In this document: positions 8,674 through 14,495 of the stretch, piece by piece
Numbering within the stretch: position 1 is the first letter of the stretch
Layout of the letters: each line of letters opens with the position of its first letter
NCBI GenBank assembly: GCA_037381445.1
Contig: JARRQT010000036.1
Location: forward strand, 27,240-41,734
Direction of reading: 5' to 3'
Length of the DNA stretch: 14,495 bases
From: Calditrichia bacterium
Lineage (GTDB): Bacteria; Calditrichota; Calditrichia; RBG-13-44-9
Notes under the pieces: generated by a model
Database searches by the model: none
The model's input: the letters and a program-made list of their open reading frames with translations, nothing else
What the model was told of the DNA's origin: nothing
Made by a program: the position numbers and the translations under genes

Positions 8674-10200
8674 TCATGATTTGGGAATACTGAAAGCCAC
8701 AAATATCTTGGCTTCATCCCGCTGGACATAGAAAAGCACCGTTTCTCCCGGATTAATATCGTTGATCAAATCATTGTAATTCTGGATATTTTCACATGGT
8801 TTGCGGTTAATTTTGAGGATAACATCACCGGGCCGCAATCCGGCCTGAGCGGCAACACTGCCTGACTGCACATCGGTAATGACCACGCCGCCTTTATCAA
8901 TTTTGAGATTGAATTGTTTTACCAGATCGGAACTGATATTCGAGACATCAATCCCTATTTTTTCGGTGGTTTCATTTGAGACCGTGGCGGAGGTTTGCTG
9001 ATCCTCGGGTAATTCTCCCAGAGTGACGGTGATATCCTTCTCTATGTTGTCCCTGAGCACCGTCAGTTTTACTTTTGAATCCGGACCCTGCGATGCAATC
9101 CAGGTGCGAAGTTCGGAACTGTTTCTGACCGTTCTGCCATCCATCTTAAGTATCACATCTTCGGCTTTCAAGCCTGCCTTTTCGGCCGGGCTATCCTTCT
9201 GAACGCTGGCAACAAGCGCCCCGGTAGGCGTGTCCAGATTCAAGGCTTTCGCTAGATCAGGATTCACATCCTGTATATAAACTCCCAGCCACCCGCGGAC
9301 CACCCGGCCCTTCTGCAAAATATCATTCTTGACTTTTTGCGCGAGATTTGAAGGAATGGCGAAGCCAATCCCCATAAAACCACCTGTCCGGCTGGCAATA
9401 GCGGTATTGATTCCGATCAGTTCGCCGTGAATGTTGACCAGCGCGCCGCCTGAATTTCCCGGATTGATGGCCGCATCGGTCTGAATAAAGTCTTCATAGA
9501 GTTCACTGGAATTGAATATCCTGCTCCGGCCCTTGGCGCTGATTATTCCCGAAGTGACCGTATGGGCCAGTTCAGGAGAAAGCGGAGAGCCAATCGCCAT
9601 AACCCATTCCCCCACCCGGGCTTTATCCGAATCGCCGAATTTAATGGCGGGCAGATCCTTCGCATCAATTTTAATGACCGCCAGATCGGTGCGGGAATCT
9701 GTCCCTTTCACTTCACTGGAATATTCGGAGCCATCAATAAGCCGGATTTTTATATCATCCGCATCCTTGACCACATGGTTATTGGTTAAAATAATTCCGT
9801 CCGAAGAGATGATCACACCTGACCCCAGACCATATTGCTTCTGTTCCCTTTCGGGCTGCTGGAAAAATTTTTGGAAAAAATCGTCCCCGAAAAATTCTTC
9901 CAGGGGCGATCTCCCGAAAGGTGTCCTTCCTGACTTAACCACTGTTTCGGTTGAAATCGTCACCACGGAAGGGGTTACTCTCTCTGCCAGGTCCGCAAAG
10001 GCGTTGCTGAGCTGCTCAACACTGGCAATTTCCTGAGAATTTGGGGGTGAAGTTTTGCTTACACTGTCCTGCGCTGCTGTCATCGAAGAATAGGCATCGG
10101 ATTTTCTGGTAAAATCAAAACCAGCGGAAATAATAAGTCCAATGATAATACCGATGCCAATCAGAATCAATCCATTGCGTACCATTCTTCGTTTCTCCAT
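8674..10200 (-). CDS. degQ: Do/DegP/DegQ (HtrA) serine endoprotease with two PDZ domains
   Basis: N-terminal hydrophobic anchor; catalytic triad motifs TNNHVV, TDLAVIKI, QTDAAINPGNSGGAL; PDZ1 RGWLGV..SPAEKAGL, PDZ2 SVAAQAGLRPGDVI. Start ATG 10200 with AAGGAG upstream. Confidence 0.95.
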   Translation of the reverse strand: MEKRRMVRNGLILIGIGIIIGLIISAGFDFTRKSDAYSSMTAAQDSVSKTSPPNSQEIASVEQLSNAFADLAERVTPSVVTISTETVVKSGRTPFGRSPLEEFFGDDFFQKFFQQPEREQKQYGLGSGVIISSDGIILTNNHVVKDADDIKIRLIDGSEYSSEVKGTDSRTDLAVIKIDAKDLPAIKFGDSDKARVGEWVMAIGSPLSPELAHTVTSGIISAKGRSRIFNSSELYEDFIQTDAAINPGNSGGALVNIHGELIGINTAIASRTGGFMGIGFAIPSNLAQKVKNDILQKGRVVRGWLGVYIQDVNPDLAKALNLDTPTGALVASVQKDSPAEKAGLKAEDVILKMDGRTVRNSSELRTWIASQGPDSKVKLTVLRDNIEKDITVTLGELPEDQQTSATVSNETTEKIGIDVSNISSDLVKQFNLKIDKGGVVITDVQSGSVAAQAGLRPGDVILKINRKPCENIQNYNDLINDINPGETVLFYVQRDEAKIFVAFSIPKS

Positions 10201-10234
10201 AAAGAACACTCCTTAAGTTTATATTTTTGATATA

Positions 10235-10261
10235 TTACTCAAATGGAAAATCGGGGTTTCA
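10235..10261 (-). promoter_or_regulatory. Putative ECF-sigma promoter of degQ
   Basis: Minus strand TGAAAC-N16-AGTAA, similar to the SigW-type TGAAAC-N16-CGTA, located just after the clpB terminator. Confidence 0.5.
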
Positions 10262-10268
10262 GGAAATT

Positions 10269-10294
10269 AAAAAAAGGGCGGAATCATTCCGCCC
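10269..10294 (-). terminator. Intrinsic terminator of clpB
   Basis: Minus strand GGGCGGAA-TGA-TTCCGCCC followed by TTTTTTT directly after the stop. Confidence 0.87.
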
Positions 10295-10300
10295 CATAAT

Positions 10301-12845
10301 TCAGGTTGTTTTTGCCTCGGGGATTTTTTCATCTTTGAGTGCGCTGAACTCAATCTGGTTTTCGTAATAATCCACCTCTATGGTCTGCCCTTTCCGGAAT
10401 TTGTGTTCCAGGATTTCCATGGCAAGCTTATTCAGAATTTCCCTTTGTATCACCCGTTTCAACGGCCGGGCTCCGAATGAAGGGTCGTACCCGGTTTTGG
10501 CAAGGTATTCCTTCGCCCTATCGGTGATAAAAATATCCAATCCCTGATCCTCAAGCTGCTTTTTCACCAGCACCATCTGCAGATCCACAATTTCTTTGAT
10601 GTGCTCTTTCGTCAGACTGTGAAATACGATAATTTCATCGATCCTGTTAAGAAATTCTGGCTTTAGATTCTGCCGGAGCAGAGACATGGATTCGGCCTGA
10701 ATTTCCCTGTAGATTTCATCCTGGTTGTCTTCCGTGATTTGCTGCGATTTTTCAAGAATCAAATGCGCGCCCAGATTTGAAGTCATGATAATAATCGTAT
10801 TTTTAAAGTTCACCACGTGGCCCTTGTTATCGGTCAGACGTCCGTCATCCAGCACCTGCAAAAGGATGTTAAACACCTCGGGGTGGGCCTTTTCGATTTC
10901 ATCCAGCAACACTACCGAATAGGGTTTTCGCCGCACTGCTTCGGTGAGCTGACCGCCTTCATCATATCCGACGTAGCCGGGAGGCGCGCCAATCAGCCGC
11001 GAAACGGAATGCCGCTCCATGTACTCGGACATGTCAATCCGCACCATGGCGCTTTCATCATCAAACAGAAACTCAGCGAGGGCCCGGGCAAGCTCGGTCT
11101 TGCCGACGCCGGTCGGGCCGAGAAAGATGAATGATCCGATAGGCCTGTTTTTGTCAGCCAAACCGGCCCGTGAACGGCGGATTGCATCGGAAACCGCCGA
11201 GATTGCCTCTTCCTGACCCACTACCCGTTGAGAGAGTTTATCTTCAATTTCCAGCAGCTTTTCCCGTTCGCTTTCCAGCATCCGCGAAACCGGAATGCCC
11301 GTCCAGCGGCTGACAATTTCAGCAACGTCCTCCTCATCCACTTCTTCTTTGAGCATCCGGTGATCTTTCTGAATTTGCTGAAGCCGCTGGTTCAGCTCAC
11401 TCAGTTTTTTGTCCATACCGGGAATTTGTCCGTAGCGAATTTCTGCCACCCGATTAAGATTCCCTTCCCTTTCGGCTTTTTCCATTTCGGCCCGGAGCTG
11501 ATCGATCTGTGATTTATTATCACGGATCTCCTGAATAACATTTTTTTCCATCATCCAGTGGGCCTGCAGTTTATCTCTCTCCTCCCGAAGATTGGCTGTC
11601 TCTTCCTTTATTTTTTCCAGTCTTTCCCGCGATGTTTCATCCTTCTCTTTCTTCAGGGCGACAGTTTCAATATCCATCTGTTTGATGCGTCTCTCAATTT
11701 CGTCCAGTTCTTCCGGCATTGGCGGCTGAAACAATCGCCGCATCCGTAATCCGCACCCCGTGATGCACTTCATATTTCTCTTTTAATCCCCGCAAAATGG
11801 AGATGGTATCCTCCACACTTGGCTGATTTATCATGATGGGCTGGAACCGCCTTTCCAGGGCCGCATCTTTTTCAATGTATTTCCGGTATTCATCCACTGT
11901 GGTGGCACCCACCGCATGAAGCTCGCCGCGGGCCAGCGCTGGTTTTAGCATGTTCGATGCATCAATGGCCCCCTCTGCGGCACCCGCACCCACCAGTGTA
12001 TGCAGCTCATCAATGAAAAGAACAATTTCACCTTCTGATTCCTGAATCTCTTTCAGAACTGCTTTTAATCTCTCTTCAAATTCGCCCCGGAATTTGGCAC
12101 CGGCAATCAGCGCACCCATGTCCAGGGCCACGATGCGTTTGTCCTTTAGATTATCCGGAACATCGCCCCTCACGATTCGCTGGGCGATGCCTTCCACAAT
12201 CGCTGTTTTGCCGACGCCCGGGTCGCCAATCAAAACCGGGTTGTTCTTGGTTCTTCGCGACAGTACCTGAAGCACCCGCCTGATTTCCTCATCTCTGCCG
12301 ATAACGGGATCTAATTTCCCTTCGCGTGATAATTCGGTCAGGTCCCGCGCATAGCGCTGCAATGCCATATATTTGCCTTCCGGGCTCTGATCCGTCACTC
12401 TTTGATTTCCCCGGACCTCCCTAAGCGCTTTTAAAATTTCCGCTTTATTTATGCCATTTTTGTTTAAAATACCATACGCTTCATTCCCTTTCACGTCCGC
12501 CAGAGCAATTAAAATATGTTCCGTTGACACATATTCATCCTTAAGATTTTTCGCTTCATTCAGCGCCTGACTTAAGACCTGATTAAAATTGGGTGAAGCA
12601 TAAACCTGACCTGTGCCCCCATACACCTTTGGCAGTTTTTCGATAGCAGATGCAACTTCCTGTGTAAGGGAGACAAGCTCAATCCCCATTTTTTTCAGAA
12701 GTGTCGGGATAATTCCCTCTTTATCATTCAGCAGCGCCATGAGCGCATGAATGGGCTCAAGCTGCTGCTGGCCGTTCTCTATTACTATTTGCTGGGCACT
12801 GGCAATTGCTTCCTGAGCTTTAATTGTGAATTTTTCAAAATTCAT
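10301..12845 (-). pseudogene. clpB: ATP-dependent chaperone ClpB, interrupted as assembled by an internal deletion plus frameshift at about 11720
   Basis: 5' part 12845-11721: Clp N domain, LDPVIGRD, Walker [13 protein letters not shown] loop, Walker B FIDELH, ending [15 protein letters not shown]. 3' part 11719-10301 in another frame: [12 protein letters not shown] (M domain), GPTGVGKT, GYVGY, DEIEK, GARPLKR. The conserved intervening ..RYI.[14 protein letters not shown].. segment is absent. Confidence 0.9.
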
Positions 12846-12886
12846 TTTCCTACTCCTTCCTTCTATAACTATTCATCATCAATTAA

Positions 12887-12904
12887 AAGCATTTTATATG
12901 CCAG
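12887..12904 (-). promoter_or_regulatory. Putative sigma54 (RpoN) -24/-12 promoter of clpB
   Basis: Minus strand CTGGCATATAAAATGCTT = TGGCA...TGC with exact GG-N10-GC spacing, about 45 nt upstream of the ATG. Confidence 0.65.
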
Positions 12905-12998
12905 AGCCAGCAATCATCGATATATATAATTGTAATTATTAAAGATAGGAATCTTCATTTTAGCGGGAAATAGAATTCAGAAACTTGGGGTACTTTTT

Positions 12999-13020
12999 AA
13001 TGACATAAATTTATGTCATT
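12999..13020. promoter_or_regulatory. Perfect 22-bp palindrome, candidate transcription-factor/enhancer site
   Basis: AATGACATAAATTTATGTCATT (TGACA-N8-TGTCA core) is its own reverse complement. Confidence 0.6.
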
Positions 13021-13180
13021 TAGACAGATATCTTATGCAAACCACCACAATAACAATTAAGCCGCAGCAATTGCAGTCACGTTCAAAGGCCGTCTATGGG
13101 TTTCCCCACTAAAAGCAGAGACCAGCATAGTTCCAATATTTCTTGAGTAGAATGGAGCAAAAATATGAAAGGAATAGGTG

Positions 13181-14326
13181 TTATTTCAGGATGGCCCGTA
13201 ATAAGATAAGAAATCCCTTTTCGTTGCTTTTTATCATATCCCGGTATTTCTTGGCCTCACTAAAGGCAGGAGCCAATTCGATTGCTTTTTCAAATTCCGA
13301 TAAGGCCCTGAGATACAGACTGCGGCTTTTGATCAGATGAAAAATCCCCAAATCATTCCAGTAGTCCGGATATTTTTCGAGATTGCTGCCGACAGGATTA
13401 AAAAAGGATTCATATTTTTCGATGATGTCGGGCGTTAATTCATTTCCTCCAAATAAGAAACGCAGATAGAACTCATATATTTTATCTTTTTCGGAGGAAA
13501 AATCGACGAGCTGCAGCTGAAATTTTTCAATCTCCGGAAGGATAACAGCATGATTATTATCTTTGAGAAGATCAATCAGTTGATTGAAATCGCTCTGCCA
13601 CTGACTGTGCCGGTATCGCTCAAGATCTCGCACCTGCTTGAGATAAATAATGATGCGCGCAGGTACCGCTACCGCTTTGGGATCCCTTGCACCTTCTAAT
13701 GCGGATTTATACAGGGCAACACCCAGATTAAACTGACATTCGTAATAGTTAGGATTGATATTAATTGCCTCCTTAAACAAGGTTGTTGCACGATCGAATT
13801 CACCAAGGAACAGATGGGCCAGACCGGTGTAGTTCATCAGGTCCGGGTATTTTTCTCCCAGCTCCAGCGCTTTTTGAAAAACGTTTAATGCTTTCTCAAA
13901 AGCCCTCGATTTGAGGTAAGAGATACCTAATCCGATATAAGCTTTTACCAGCCTGGAATCCTGTTCAATGGCCTTTGAGAACTGCCGGATGGCTTCTTCA
14001 TACAGATTTCTTTTTAAAAAAAGCGTTCCCAGATGGTAACGGGAGATGGGATGTTTAAAGTGATTGAGCTTCTCTTCCACCCGATAGAGCGATTCCAATT
14101 CATCAATAACAGAATTATGAAATTCCTTGGTGATTTTGTTCAGATACTCATAATTCATCTGAAATGGTTCTTTTCTCAGATCAAGATTATACTGCCTGGA
14201 GGTTAAAAACATTCCTTTTTCGAATACTTCCGAAATTATTTTTTTCTTTTCGCTAACGGTTCCGGTATGAATATGAAACTCGCGCTCATTGATCTCAATT
14301 CGATCATGGATTCCAAAGTTATCCAA
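13181..14326 (-). CDS. Tetratricopeptide-repeat protein with an uncharacterised N-terminal domain
   Basis: TPR consensus repeats (YHLGTLFLKRNLYEEAIRQFSKAI; AYIGLGISYLK..FEKALNVFQKAL; NYTGLAHLFLGEFDRATTLFKEAININP; WNDLGIFHL). TTG start with GGAG upstream. Confidence 0.88.
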   Translation of the reverse strand: MDNFGIHDRIEINEREFHIHTGTVSEKKKIISEVFEKGMFLTSRQYNLDLRKEPFQMNYEYLNKITKEFHNSVIDELESLYRVEEKLNHFKHPISRYHLGTLFLKRNLYEEAIRQFSKAIEQDSRLVKAYIGLGISYLKSRAFEKALNVFQKALELGEKYPDLMNYTGLAHLFLGEFDRATTLFKEAININPNYYECQFNLGVALYKSALEGARDPKAVAVPARIIIYLKQVRDLERYRHSQWQSDFNQLIDLLKDNNHAVILPEIEKFQLQLVDFSSEKDKIYEFYLRFLFGGNELTPDIIEKYESFFNPVGSNLEKYPDYWNDLGIFHLIKSRSLYLRALSEFEKAIELAPAFSEAKKYRDMIKSNEKGFLILLRAILK

Positions 14327-14390
14327 GGCCTGTCTCCGGAAAGATTTACTTTTATTGAATTCATGGTAAGTTAAAAAAATTATAATTAAT

Positions 14391-14421
14391 AAAAAAGGGC
14401 TTATGCAAATAAGCCCTTTTT
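14391..14421 (-). terminator. Intrinsic terminator, symmetric, after the partial upstream gene
   Basis: AAAAAGGGCTTAT-GCAA-ATAAGCCCTTTTT perfect 13-bp inverted repeat. Confidence 0.85.
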
Positions 14422-14440
14422 AATCAAAAAAAGATGATAA

Positions 14441-14494
14441 CTATTCTTTAGGAATCGGATGGGCGATTACTTTCGCAGCGGCAGCGAAATCGAA
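14441..14494 (-). CDS. 3' end of a gene cut by the window edge, possibly a cytochrome c554-like protein
   Basis: Frame ..FDFAAAAKVIAHPIPKE* ends 20 nt before a terminator. The FDF....KIAHP tail recalls multiheme c-type cytochromes. Only 17 codons are visible and the frame is not certain. Confidence 0.4.
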   Translation of the reverse strand, partial: FDFAAAAKVIAHPIPKE

Positions 14495-14495
14495 T

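Noticed and set aside
7364..8679. Plus-strand ORFs antisense to pfkA (including 215 aa at 7579-8226), and similar shadow ORFs over the phosphatases, degQ and clpB
   Set aside because: Antisense or alternative-frame shadows of well-supported genes with no recognisable motifs.
11710..11730. Programmed frameshift, intron or intein as the explanation for split clpB
   Set aside because: No slippery run and no inserted sequence; sequence is missing rather than added.
11720..11773. ORF-track start of the 490-aa ClpB fragment ([18 protein letters not shown])
   Set aside because: Out-of-frame reading of the 5' clpB half; ClpB similarity begins only at MPEEL (11719).
1..14495. CRISPR arrays, IS elements, tRNA/rRNA, prophage or defence genes
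   Set aside because: No spaced direct repeats, transposase/integrase motifs or structural RNA signatures seen by eye; small ncRNAs in intergenic gaps cannot be excluded without an Rfam search.

Overview
Ordinary chromosomal region of a diderm bacterium; the gene content suggests an FCB-group/Calditrichota-like organism, but that is an inference. The + strand carries adk, a lipoprotein (FN3-like plus probable beta-propeller), an approximately 8-TM GAF-PP2C phosphatase, a STAS anti-anti-sigma factor, an RsbW-type kinase and a soluble 2xGAF-PP2C phosphatase. Together these form a complete Rsb/SpoIIA-type partner-switching module with no sigma factor gene in the window. The - strand carries, in transcription order, the 3' tip of a partial gene, a TPR protein, clpB, a DegP/DegQ protease and pfkA. 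The two sets converge on a bidirectional terminator. The clearest anomaly is clpB, broken at about 11720: roughly 33 conserved codons (about 98 nt) are missing and the frame shifts. Regulatory signals read directly from the DNA are a sigma54-type -24/-12 site plus a perfect 22-bp palindrome upstream of clpB, and ECF-type promoter motifs before degQ and the STAS gene. No mobile elements, CRISPR arrays, tRNA or rRNA were seen.
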